DNA from: Pristiophorus japonicus
Lineage: Eukaryota
NCBI RefSeq assembly: GCF_044704955.1
Contig: NC_091988.1
Span: forward strand, 31,248,001-31,312,000
DNA: 64,000 bases
Reading direction: 5' to 3'
The translations under genes and the position numbers were made by a program. The notes under the pieces are model-generated. The model ran no database searches. It had not been told where the DNA came from and saw only the letters and a program-made list of their open reading frames with translations. Positions 24,501 through 35,571 of this stretch are shown piece after piece; the stretch's first letter is position 1; the number at the start of each line of letters is the position of its first letter.

Positions 24501-25019
24501 GGAATTCCTGACATATTGGTCAGTGATAATGGTCCGTGCTTCACCAGTGCAGAATTTCAAGATTTTATAGTTGACCACAGCATAAATCACGTTAAGACAG
24601 CACCGTTCAAGCCAGCCTCCAATGGCCAGGCGGAGCGAGCAGTGCAAATCGTTAAACAAGGCATGCTAAAAATCCAAGGTCCCACGCTGCAGAGCCGACT
24701 GTCGTGACTGCTGCTGGCATACAGATCTCGTCCGCATTCGTTGACTGGGAAGCGAGGCACTCGAGAGCTGTGAAATAAAGGTGCAGGTCCGGAGCGACCT
24801 TGACTTCAGCATGTGCCTCGTGTAAGTCTGTACTGCAGGGTCAGGACTTTACAGGAAGGGAGCAGGTGAAAGGGCAGGTGTTGCAATTCCTGGGAAGGGG
24901 AGCAGGTGTTTAACTTGATCTTAGTTTAACATCTTCAAAAGGTAGCGTTTTGGCTACCATAAATCGAAAGGCCACGTTAATGAATTGAGGATTTACTGTG
25001 ATTGAAAGGCTGTGTTAGA

Positions 25020-25550
25020 GGGAGCAGCGTGCAGCGGTCTAGCCCAGAAATCGGCGCGGTCCCGGCCTGCAAGACCATCAGCAGGCCGGGGCTATCATTG
25101 GGAGCAGCGCGCGGCGGCATACCACTGCAGGAGGGCAGGATATGCACACATATAGCAGTGCGGGCAGGCGAGGCAGGAGGGGCAAAGGAGCGGCAAAAGT
25201 TTGTCGAAGGAAGTAACCGGGGCCCAGGAGAGGCGAAGGCCCAGGGGCAGCACGGGCCAGCCCACACTGCAATATGTGTGCACATGATGTCCATGCAGCA
25301 GAACTGGTCTCCAGTTGTCTTGGGTAATCCTTGCCACTGGACCAAGACCTAGTTCTGTCAAGCCCGTGTGGTGACTGGTGTGCAACGGCCACCACACGTT
25401 AAAAAAATCCACGCACAGCCATCTTCCACCCTCCAAGATGTAGTTCAGGATCTGGAGTATTAGGTCTTTCATTGAAACACCTGTGAACTCATTCCTTTTT
25501 GGCGTGGAAGCAAGTCATCCTCGCTTCAAGGGACTGCCTATGATGATGAT
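25020..25550 (+). mobile_element. Non-autonomous RTE-type retroelement
   Basis: Ends GGAAGCAAGTCATCCTCG..GGGACTGCCTATGATGATGA, the same 3' end carried by the RT-bearing fragment at 56760-57210. Related copies at 26944-27112, 27677-28318, 28432-28670 and 59830-60015. Confidence 0.65.
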
Positions 25551-25819
25551 ATGAGTTAAGTTTTGAACCCACGACCTTTTTATGCAGAGGTGAGTGCACT
25601 ATTAATTTAGCAAACTGACACAATGCCATACTCAAATGCAAATAGCCATTTGTGACTTTGTTCAAATTAGTTTAGAGGATGAGCAATCACATTCTTTTAC
25701 ACGTATTGGTGTAATTTCAAAAACTGAAAATGTGCAGCCCCAAGATTAATACTAAAAACTTTAGGTTTATATATGCAATTTTTGAGTGCCAGTAATGCAC
25801 TAATAAATGCATCAAAGGC

Positions 25820-26050
25820 GACGTAAGAAAAAACTTTTTGTACAGCGAGTGGTTACGATCTGGAATGCACTACCTGAAAGGGTGGTGGAGGCAGTCTCAA
25901 TCTCATAGTTGAAAAGGGAGTTGGTTAAGTATCTGAAGGAAAAAGATTTGCTGGGCTATGGAGAAAGGGCGGGGGAGTGGGACTAGCTGAGAGCCAACAC
26001 GGGCTCGACAGGCCAAATAGCCTTCCGTGCTGTAACCATTCTATGATTCT
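25820..26050 (+). mobile_element. CR1 3' end fragment
   Basis: ..QRVVTIWNALPERVVEA.. remnant followed by a 3' UTR and an ATTCTATGATTCTA tail. Confidence 0.7.
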
Positions 26051-27112
26051 AATACTCCTATGAGTATGAAAACATGTAGGGGAAACATTGCTGTTTATCT
26101 AAGGTTATTAAGTAACCAGCTTTTGGGATGACGTCTTTTGAGATTCCAATGGACCTAATAAAAAATGAAGGTTTCTGCTGTCCAGCTCCTGCTTTTTGGG
26201 GAAATCCCTCAGCAGTATACAAATGGAAAGAGTTTGTGTTTGTTGACTCGGCAATTTGTTGTCAGACGAATGATGTGTACAAGCCGGACTTTTCTCCTCC
26301 TGTGCTCTGTAAAGTAGTTTATATCATTTTCTGCATACCACAGGTGTGCAGCTAATCAAGATAAACAGGTTATCTTCCCATGAGGGTTTTTGTACTATGG
26401 AATGACTTGGAAGAGGATCTACATTTGGCTGTACAAAAATTAATGTAATGTACATCTAGATGAATGGCTGAAGACTTGCTCCTTCCCCAGTTGAAGTGAC
26501 GTGGATTTAGTATTAATTACCGCTAAGGTAAAGAATATATTTTATGAGCTCAGGACATCCCAAAGCATTTCAGTCAATTCAATACTTTTGTATAAACATT
26601 GTTGTAATGTAGGGAAATGCATTAGCCAATTTGCACAAGGCAAGGTCCCACATAAATCAATGAGATAAATGGAAAATAATGGCCCGTTATTAGCAGTAAG
26701 AATTTTTTTTGCCAATATAAGGTCTTCAAATCCCTAATTGGCCACCCACTTGTTAAAAATTAACACAAATATCTCCAACAACACAAAGGTTCTGAGGCCT
26801 AAAACATCTGCAACTCCAGGAGACTTTGTGCACACTTCTCACGCTGACAGCACCTGGGACTTCACCCTCATAAATTTCCGGCAAGTTGTGAACTCTGTGA
26901 AGGTTGTTTCAGTTGAATGTGGAAAAATTCAGTAGAGCAAGAAATCATCATCATCTTTGGCGGTCCCTCGAATGAGGATTACTTGCTTCCACACCAAAAG
27001 GGATGAGTTCACTGATGTTTCACTGGAGGACCCGATATTCCAGTCCTGAACTCCAGAGGTGAAAGATGCCTGTGCGTGGATTTTTTTAACGTGTGGTGAC
27101 TGTTGCACATCA

Positions 27113-27417
27113 GCCACGATCTCTCACCACTCCTCTGCCTCAATCATTCGCTGCACCTCCGCCACGATCTCTCACCACTCCTCCGCCTCAATCATTCGCT
27201 GCACCTCCGCCACGATCTCTCGCCACTCCTCCGCCTCAATCATTTGCTGCACCTCCGCCACGATCTCTCACCACTCCTCCGCCTCAATCATTCGCTGCAC
27301 CTCCGCCACGATCTCTCGCCACTCCTCCGCCTCAATCATTCGCTGCACCTCCGCCACGATCTCTCACCACTCCTCCGCCTCAATCATTCGCTGCACCTCC
27401 GCCACGATCTCTCGCCG
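27113..27417. repeat. 48-bp minisatellite, about 6.3 near-identical copies
   Basis: Unit CTCCGCCACGATCTCTC(A/G)CCACTCCTCCGCCTCAATCATTCGCTGCAC; abuts a minus-strand RTE-type element (26944-27112). Confidence 0.92.
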
Positions 27418-27504
27418 CTTATCCGCCCCTTCTCTCTCCTCCGCTGTGCAGCAAGAAATAATGTAAACCTGAACTGGTGTTAACTTTTTTAACACCAAAA
27501 AAAT

Positions 27505-28375
27505 TAGAATTTATGTAGGGCCTTTCACGACCACCGGACGTCCCAAAGCACTTTACAGCCAATGAAGTACTTATTTTTGGAAATGTAGTCAATGTGGTAA
27601 TGTAGGAAATGCAGCAGCCAATCTGTCCACAGCAAGCTCCCACAAACAGCAATGTGATAATGACCAGATCATCTGCAACATCTCACCGTAGGCAACTAGG
27701 CCGAAATAGCAGTGCCTGGTCTCCAGTCGCCTTGGACCCCCTTGCCACTGGATCAAGACCTTGCTCAGCTCAGCCCGTGTGGTAGCCGGTGTGCAATGGC
27801 CACTCTACGTTAAAAGAGTTCGGGACCTAGAACGTCAGGACCCTCATGGACAACAAACTCACTTCAGGAGTAGAAGCAAATCTTCCTCGATTCCGAAGGA
27901 CTGCCTATGACTGAAAAACACCTGTGTTGTGCCATGTATAATGAAAGTCTCGGCACTGTTTAGTAACTTGTAAAGAAATGTAAATGTATTCTCATCTGTT
28001 CTGTGTACTGCTTTCATCTGCATAGTGCTACATGTAACGTGATTCGTGATCGGCATTGAAATGTACCCTGGAATCTAATGTAAACCTGTTCTCATCTGCT
28101 CCATGTAATATCCTCATGTAACATGTAACATGTAACATGCTTTACAGATTGTACTAAACTGAACCTTGAAATGCGTGCATTGTATGGAACTGCTGTCAGC
28201 ATCCAAATGAATTGTATGGAATTGCTGACCGCAAGGTACTGAGCAATTTTCCAGTGTATTGTGAAAATTTTATATGAATAAAGTATATTTTTGAAAAAAA
28301 ATGACTGCCTATGATGATGTTATTTTAGTGATGTTGATTGAGGGATGAATATTGGCCAGGGGATAACTGCTCTTC
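27505..28375 (-). mobile_element. DeuSINE-like element split by an RTE-type insertion (27677-28318)
   Basis: 27505-27676 and 28319-28375 are consecutive reverse-complement parts of the SINE at 34855-35282. Confidence 0.7.
27914..28300 (+). mobile_element. Poly(A)-tailed retroposed 3' UTR fragment (L1/Tx1-like) with a 7-bp TSD
   Basis: AATAAA at 28277-28282, then an A-tail; flanked by ATGACTG at 27907-27913 and 28301-28307. Confidence 0.6.
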
Positions 28376-28739
28376 TCTTCAACCGATCATATTTTTAAAA
28401 CCGAAATGTAGGAGACAGGACAGGCAAACCATCATCATAGGCAGTCCCTCAAAATCGAGGAAGACTTGCTCCCACTCCAAAAGTGAGTTCTCAGGTGACT
28501 GAACAGTCCAATACAGGAATTACAGTCTCTGTCACAGGTGGGGCAGACAGTGGCTGAAGGAAAGGGTGGGTGAAGAGTCTGGTTTGCCGCACGCTCCTTC
28601 CACTGTCTGCGCTTGTTTTCTGCATGCTCTCGGTGACGAGACTCGAGGTGCTCAGCACTCTCTCGGATGCTGGCAAACCATTTAGCTGCTGGTTAACAGG
28701 GCCCATCTCACAGCGGCCTTGGCGCCCCCTGGTACAGAC

Positions 28740-28872
28740 TGCAGCCAATCAAAGGCTCAGCTCACCCAATTCCACACCGGATGGAGCGCCCGCTCCGCCC
28801 CTCCTCCGGAAGTGGTGTCTCCATGGTGACCAGGTTGTTTGCTGATATCAGGAGCAGCGGGCGGTAACGGTG
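28740..28872 (+). promoter_or_regulatory. Ciliary-type promoter of the dynein heavy chain gene
   Basis: CCAAT (about 28745), GC box CTCCGCCC (28793-28800), ETS CCGGAAGT (28806-28813), RFX X-box-like GTCTCCATGGTGAC (28817-28830), MYB-like TAACGG (28865-28870); locally CpG-rich. Confidence 0.7.
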
Positions 28873-28910
28873 GCTGCCCCCGGGATCAACCCTACACACA
28901 GGCCGTCAAT
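28840..28910 (+). other. Probable non-coding exon 1 of the dynein heavy chain gene (start approximate)
   Basis: GTAAGT donor at 28911, downstream of the X-box. Splicing to 35396 gives CAAT|ATGA, with A at -3. Confidence 0.6.
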
Positions 28911-29589
28911 GTAAGTCCCCCTGTGAATGTGCAGATATCCTGGTGTGTGTGCTTTTCAGGGAGTTAGGAGTCGAATTACAGAAAAGGGGAATTGCGACTG
29001 CCTCGCTCCACCATGAACTACGGGTGAATTAGCGACTGGCTCCGGACTTAGCACTGACAGGTTCTCTCTCAGACCAAGTCAGAAGCGTCGTTCTGTTTCT
29101 TTTTTCTCTCTAAAGTGACCTGTGTTCTGAAGACAATGTCAGTGTTACTTAGACAAACCAAAGAAAGACTTCCATTTATATAGCGCCTTTCACGACCACC
29201 GGACTTTAACAAGATTAATAGTATGGACAGATCCGCAGTTTTGATTTGACCTTCACACATTGGTGACCATCACACATTGGCGTGGTAGTCAGGTTATTTC
29301 ACTGATGAAGATAAATATATCTGTTTTAAATGTTATATTATTTTTGACTGCAATATGTATAGCGAATATTTGTGATAAATATTTCCGGCACTGGACTAAT
29401 CTGGTAAGTGATAGGAAACGAACTTTGAATGGGTCTTTGTTAAATTGACAGGTGAAAGTATATGTTGTGTTCCACCTCCTCCCTCTCCTCAACAGGTTCT
29501 GGAATGTTAAAATAAATTAAATTGTCCGTGACTATAATTGCCTTGACTACACTGACGTTTTTCTGGGCATTCCTAACAAGAGTAATTTA

Positions 29590-29935
29590 TATTTATATAG
29601 TACCTTTAACATTAAAAAAATCAAGGTGTTCCTATCATTCAAAATTTGACACTGAGCCACATAAGATGTCAGGACTATGACTTAAAGCTTTGTCAAAGAG
29701 GTAGATTTTCAGGAGAACAGAGAGGTGGAGAGGGTAAGGGAGGGAATTCCAGAGCTTGGAAGGCATGGCTGTCATTGGTGAAGCAAAGGATGTAAGGGAT
29801 GCAGAAGAGGCCAGAGTTAAACAAAATGCAGAGTACTTCGAGGGTTGTAGGACTGGAGAAGGTTATGTAGGTAGGGAGGGATGAGGTCATGGATGAATTT
29901 GAACACTGGGATGAGAATTTAAAAAATACTCCTTT
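29590..29935 (-). mobile_element. L2-type LINE 3' fragment
   Basis: Decayed L2-like 3' end (GGGAATTCCAGAGC.., ..GGGATGAGAATTTAAAA). Confidence 0.5.
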
Positions 29936-30112
29936 GTCAAACATGCAAATCATGCGTGAAGTGAGTTTGGGCAGCCTCTGGTATAGGTCTACAGTGGAGA
30001 ATTCAGCAATCTTACTCAGGCCATCGGGATACTGGTGTAGCAAGTAGAAATTGATTGTCTATGATCAATTTATTTTATGGGACAGATATAATAATATTTG
30101 CATCATAAGGAA

Positions 30113-31863
30113 TTGCCATGGTTGAATTTCAAATTCAGTTGGCTGTTGAGAAAATTGGATCTCAAACCAGTGTCCTAAGCTTAAATAAAGGAGACTACAA
30201 AGATATGAGGGCAGAGTTGGCTAAAGTGGACTGGGAAAATAGAAACATTGAAATTAGGTGCAGGAGTAGGCCATTCGGCCCTTCGAACCTGCACGCCATT
30301 CAATAAGATCATGGCTGATCATTCAATCTCAGTACCCCCCTTCCTGCTTTCTCACCATACCCCTTGATCCCTTTGGCCGTAAGGGATCTAACTCTCTTTT
30401 GAATATATCTAATGAACTGGCCTCAACAACTTTCTGCGGTAGAAAATTCCACAGGTTAACCACTCTCTGAGTGGAAAAAGTTTCTCCTCATCTCGGTCCT
30501 AAATGGCTTACCCCTTATTCTTAGACTGTGACCCCTGGTTCTGGAACTCCCCACCAACGGGAACATTCTTCCTGCCTCTAACCTGTCCAATCCTGTCAGA
30601 ATTTTATATATTTCTGAGATCCTTTCTCATTCTTCTAAACTCCAGTGGATACAAGCCCAATTGATCCAGTCTCTCCTCATATGTCAGTCCTGCCAGATTA
30701 AAGTATGGGATGGTTGATGAGCAGTGGCAGACATTTAAGGAGATATTTCATAACTCGCAGCAAAAATATATTCCAATGAGAAAGAAAGACTAAGAGAAGG
30801 GGTAACCATCTGTGGCTAACTAAGGAAATAAGGGATGGTATTAAATTGAAAACAATGTGACCAAGACTAGTGGGAGACCAGAGGATTGGGAAACTTTTAA
30901 AAGCCAGCAAAGAACGACTAAAAAAATGATAGAGAGGGAAGATAAATTATGAGAGTAAACTAGCATGAAATATAAAAACAGATAGTAAGAGTTTCTACAG
31001 GTGCATAAAAAGGAAAAGAGTGGCGAAAGTAAATGTTGGTCCCCTAGAGGATGAGACTGGGGAATTAATAATGGAGAACGGGGAAATGGCAGAAACATTG
31101 AACAAATATTTTGTATCGTTCTTTACGGCACAAGACACTAAAAACATCCCAATAGTGGATAATCAAGGGACTGTAGGAGGGGTGCATGAAACACAAAAAG
31201 TTAGTATACAGGTACAGCAAGTAATCAGGAAAGCAAATGGAATGTTGGCCTTTATTGCAAGGGGGATAGAGTCTAAAAGCAGAGAAGTCCTACTACAACT
31301 GTACAGGGTATTGGTGAGGCCACACCTGGAGTACTGCGTACATTTTTGCTCTCCATATTTAAGGAAAGAAATACTTGCATTGGAGGCTGTTCTGAGAAGA
31401 TTCACTAGGTTGATTCCAGAGATGAGGGGGTTGACTTACGAAGATAGGTTGAGTAAGTTGGGCCTATGCTCATTGGAGTTCAGAAGAATGAGAGGTGATA
31501 TCGTAACATATAAGACAATGAGGGGACTCGACAAGGTGGATACAGAGAGGATATTTCCACTCATAGGGCAAACAAAAACTAGGGGACGTAGTCTCAGAAT
31601 AAGGGGCCGCCCATTTCTTCTCTCAGAGGGTTGTAAATCAATGGAATTCTTTGCCCCAGAGAGCTGTGGAGGCTGGGTCATTGAATATATTTAAGGTGGA
31701 GATAGTCAGATTTTTGAGCGATAATGGAATAAAGGGTTAAGGGGAGAGGGCAGGGAAGTGGAGCTGAGTCCATGATCAGATCAGCCATGATTGTATTAAA
31801 TGGCGGAGCAGGCTCTAGGGGCCAGGTGGCCTACTCCTGTTCCTATTTCATATGTTATTATGT
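30113..31863 (+). mobile_element. CR1 LINE with an internal RT deletion and a nested antisense CR1 3' end (30241-30694)
   Basis: ORF 31020-31694 jumps from ..IVDNQGTVG directly to VHETQKVS.., skipping the RT core. Host sequence GAAAAT|AGATTAAAG is split by a minus-strand CR1 tail. Confidence 0.9.
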
Positions 31864-33113
31864 GTGCGAAATGCTGAAATTACAAGTATTCATGATCTTG
31901 CTTAGATGGGCATATATTGAGTTCTGATATTCTCTCACCTTTGTATTTTCCATTTGTGAAACGACTGTAATTCATTCATTGTTAAGGAATGCAAAGTTTC
32001 ACTACTAAATCTTTCAGTGCTGCCTATTGCTGAATTGTCACTGTACCTTGCACTGCAGCACCAGCAAGAGCTCCACTACCCACTCTGGAATGATCAGAAG
32101 CAAAATGTCATTCACAAACATTCAAACATATCCAGCCTGACTGCAGTCACTTTTTAACCAATTTATCTTTGGTAGTTTTAATCTTTAGCTCTTTTTCATC
32201 TATTGATATTTTTGGCCTCATTGTCTCATCTTATCTCAAATCTTTTTCATTGCCAAAGCTGGCTCCAAGAAACTTGGTTTCCATTTTACTTTTAATGTTA
32301 TTTTCTCCTTAACTATTCTTAACTCTCTGTAAAACCAAAGTCCACCTGAGGCACGAATACTGCTCTCATTCTAACAGCTCCGTTCCACTCTGAGGAGATG
32401 CAGTTCATCTTTAGAGGCAGCACAAAATGGGTGATTGCAAATTGGCAGCCCATTTTACACCACCCAATTATCATTTCCATCGATGCCAATGGAAAAGAAA
32501 ATCGGAAGGAGTCTAAAAGTGGTTGCCGATTCACTGGCCCAAGAGGAATTTCACCCCTCTAGATTGGCTATAAGGAAAAAGTTAGCCATATGATAGGTGA
32601 TCTATCTTTTACCGTTGGCCTCCAACACCTCTCTTTCTTGACTTTCTTTACTTTTCAATTTTGTTATGGTCTGCGATCCTCTGAACCTTTCTGACTTGTT
32701 GCCTAAGCTGTAGATTTGATATCCCATCTGATGTTCTTCTTCTCTGCATTCTCACTGTGTTGAAATCAAGACTCCTCATATAGTCTATTAATCTAACTCA
32801 ATTCTCTTGCGGGGCCTCAAAACTGTGGAATGCCTTGCCCTCTTTCTTCCATCTTTCCTCCCTCCTACCGTCTTCAGATTTTAAAAATCTAAAATTAACT
32901 TAATGTAATCATTATTTCCTGATTTATTTCAACATCTTGTTTGAACCTTGACGATGTCCTGAATCATAGAAGTTTAAGCTCAGAAGTTTTGGCCCATTAT
33001 ACTTGTGCCACTGTTAGTTCCCACTGGAGATATCTGCTTCACTTTAATTTCCCTGCTCTTTCCCTGTACTCTGTCTTTTTGAAGTGTTTCTCTGACTTCT
33101 TTTGAAACATTAT

Positions 33114-33804
33114 GGCCCAGAATTGTGGTTATAATGATGGTGAAACTGTCAGCGTTTGCTGTCATTACATCCGTGACACTGACGGCAAACGCACAGTTAA
33201 ACGTGGAAATCTAAAAGTTGCTGTCTGTGATTCCCAGCTCCTCCACACAGCCGGCAATCAATTGAAATCACTTAACTGATGAAAACTTCGACTTTTATGC
33301 TCTAATACCGCTGTTAAAACCCTCCGAAAAAGTTAAGCTTTGCTCAATGAGATATAACTGAGTTGTTAATGATGTACTGAGTCATAACTACTGCTAAACA
33401 ATCATTCTGGCCCTGAAAAAGGAATGTTATATTTATGGAATGTCACATTTTTCCTTTATAATAAAGATTCCATGGTTTTTAATATTTTTTAAAAGCTTGT
33501 TTATGATATTTCAGCATCTACCTTCATTCCATGTGTATGTCCCAATCTTTATTTTGCTCTCTGTAAAATGATTTAAAAAATGAAGGATAATCAGTGCATT
33601 TTACTTCCTGGTTTGCTGTCTGAGAATTCTTCAATGTGATTGGCTGTTTAGACAGCTTGATAACATCACTGTCGCTGGACGCTGGAGAGTCCCTATAGGT
33701 GACACCAGAATCAACTTAGTTTCGGGAGATTGCCTTTGTGGGCAACTTCCTGCGAAGTCAGCGGACTGTTCTATCACTTCAACACTGACCACAAAATCCT
33801 AGCC
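33114..33804. mobile_element. Probable Harbinger-type MITE with degenerate TIRs
   Basis: GGCCCAGAATTGTGGTT ... GACCACAAAATCCTAGCC; interior motifs similar to elements near 62.5-63.9 kb. Confidence 0.4.
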
Positions 33805-33809
33805 ATTGA

Positions 33810-34610
33810 TTAATTTGACCTCACTAGTCAATGTACCTATTGAATAAAAAGATTTCTGCTAAACTCTCCTTTTATCCTTCCTGTACTAATCTGAAGTTTG
33901 TACCCCCTTTTACTGATTGATCAATGGAAATAATCTTTCACCATTTACCATTTCAAAACTTCATTATTTAAACATCTATTAGGTCTCCCCAACTCTAACT
34001 GTGGTTTAATCAATGTCTTGTATAGATTAATCATCACCTCCTTGTTTCTTCTATTCAAAGATCCAGAATCGCATTTGCCCTTTTCACTTACTCTGTTTTT
34101 AAAGACCTGTGCCTCTGTACTCTTAAATCTCTCTAGATTGCTGCCATTTATCAACAACTTACAGTATATAGTCACTTTTTTTCCAATGAATATGCATTCT
34201 TTAACCATCTGTACACTCCCCTAACTTATCTGCCTTCCTGTAGTAACCTCCATTTTTCCTCAGTTTGCAATGCTCTTTTGTTTGGTATCATCAGCAAATT
34301 TTGATATTATTCCTTCTGCTCATGTTTAGTGGATCCCTACAGAGCCTTGCAGTACCACTAGCTACATTTTTCCAATTGAGCAACATCCATTTACTACTTC
34401 CTATCCTGTAGCCATCATCTCTATTCATGCCACCATTTTACCTTTAATACCATGTGCATTAAGTTTTGCAACAAATATCTTATGTGGTACTTTTACAAAA
34501 GCTTTTAAAATTCCAAATATCTGCTCAGTAACTTCAATTTAGTTAGTCAAGCAGGATTTAAATGGTATAAATCCATATCTTTGATTCGCCCATATCTTTC
34601 TAAGTGCTCA
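33810..34610 (-). mobile_element. Old, heavily deleted CR1 fragment
   Basis: Remnants [27 protein letters not shown] and KVPHKIF on the minus strand. Confidence 0.7.
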
Positions 34611-34854
34611 TTATAAACAGCCTCAAATATATAGGGGGTAATTTAAATTTTTGCCGACGGCATAAAACGGGTGATATAGGGTCGGCTGCCCCATTGTACA
34701 ACCTGCCCGATTTTCCTTTCCATTGAAGTCAATGAAGAGGAAAATTGGGCAAGCTGCATTAAAGGCAACCAAACCGCTGCTTTCCGTTTTGTGTCCTGGG
34801 CCAAAGTTGAATTTTACCTCCATATTCTTTAACTCTGAACTATTCAACAATGTC

Positions 34855-35282
34855 AGCTGTGGCTCAGTTGGTCGTGTTCTCATCTCCGTGGGTTCAAATC
34901 TTGAGTACAAAATCTAACTGACACTCCAGTGCAGTACTGAGGGAGTGCTGCACTGTCAGAGGTGCTGTCTTTCAGATGAGACGTTAAACCAAAGCCCTGT
35001 CTGCTGTTTCAGGTGGACGTAAATGATCCCATGGCATTATTTCGATTGAAGAGCAGGGGAGTTATCCGTGGTGTCCTGGCCAATCTTTATCCCTCATTCA
35101 ACATCACTGAAAACAGATTATTTGGTCATCATCACATTGCTGTTTGTGAGAGCTTGCTGTGTGCAAATTGGCTCCGTTTTTCCTATATTATAACAGTGAC
35201 TACACTTCAAAAGGCACTTCATTGGCTATAAAGCACTTTGGGCGTCTTGAGATCGTGAAAGGTGCTATATAATTGCAAGTCT
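34855..35282 (+). mobile_element. tRNA-headed DeuSINE-like SINE (SacSINE1/AmnSINE-type)
   Basis: A-box TGGCTCAGTTGG and B-box GGTTCAAATC; Deu-domain-like core GGTGCTGTCTTTCAGATGAGACGTTAAACC; tail ..GAAAGGTGCTATATAATTGCAAG. Fragments also near 7850-7980, 26540-26680, 29160-29205 and 41885-42020. Confidence 0.75.
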
Positions 35283-35395
35283 GTCTTCTTCTTCTTTTCA
35301 CTTTTGTACCTTTCTGTTTTAATAGTGGGAATAATTTTTAAGTGATCTTCTGGAATAATTAAAGTTTGCTGATATTCTTTTTTTCATTAATTTAG

Positions 35396-35571
35396 ATGAA
35401 GGCCTCAAAGAAATTAAAACGTGCCTGTGCACCTGAACCTGAAAACATTCGATCTCCGCTGCGACCTATATTCCCTACACCTGAATCAATGCTGACTAAT
35501 GAATTTTCTACAAGCAAACTCATGAGATACAGTTGGCGCAAGTATGAGCAGCAGCTACTTGGCAAGATCAT
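35396..35571 (+). CDS. Axonemal dynein heavy chain, DNAH12-like, first coding exon
   Basis: TTTAG|ATG; encodes MKASKKLKRACAPEPENIRSPLRPIFPTPESMLTNEFSTSKLMRYSWRKYEQQLLGKI(M); phase-2 GTAAGT donor. STSKLMRY..EQQ parallels DNAH12 TQSKLLKY..EQQ. Confidence 0.75.

Larger units (their letters stand above)
18260..24853 (+). mobile_element. Ty3/Gypsy LTR retrotransposon (gag, protease, RT, RNase H, integrase), interrupted by a CR1, with a partly deleted 3' LTR
   Basis: 5' LTR 18260-18524; PBS-like TGGCGACGAG at 18526; gag from 18560; zinc knuckles CWRCGGRH..C and CRNCNYTGHLARMC; protease LDTGA; RT VVFQDDILI; integrase to about 24740; 3' LTR remnant 24750-24853; flanks AGAAG / GGAAG (5-bp TSD with one mismatch). 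Confidence 0.95.

Noticed and set aside
27059-27483. Repeat-protein ORFs or a CRISPR-like array
   Set aside because: The units are contiguous 48-bp tandem copies with no unique spacers, in vertebrate DNA.
34855-34910. tRNA gene
   Set aside because: The A and B boxes belong to a SINE head; no complete cloverleaf is present.
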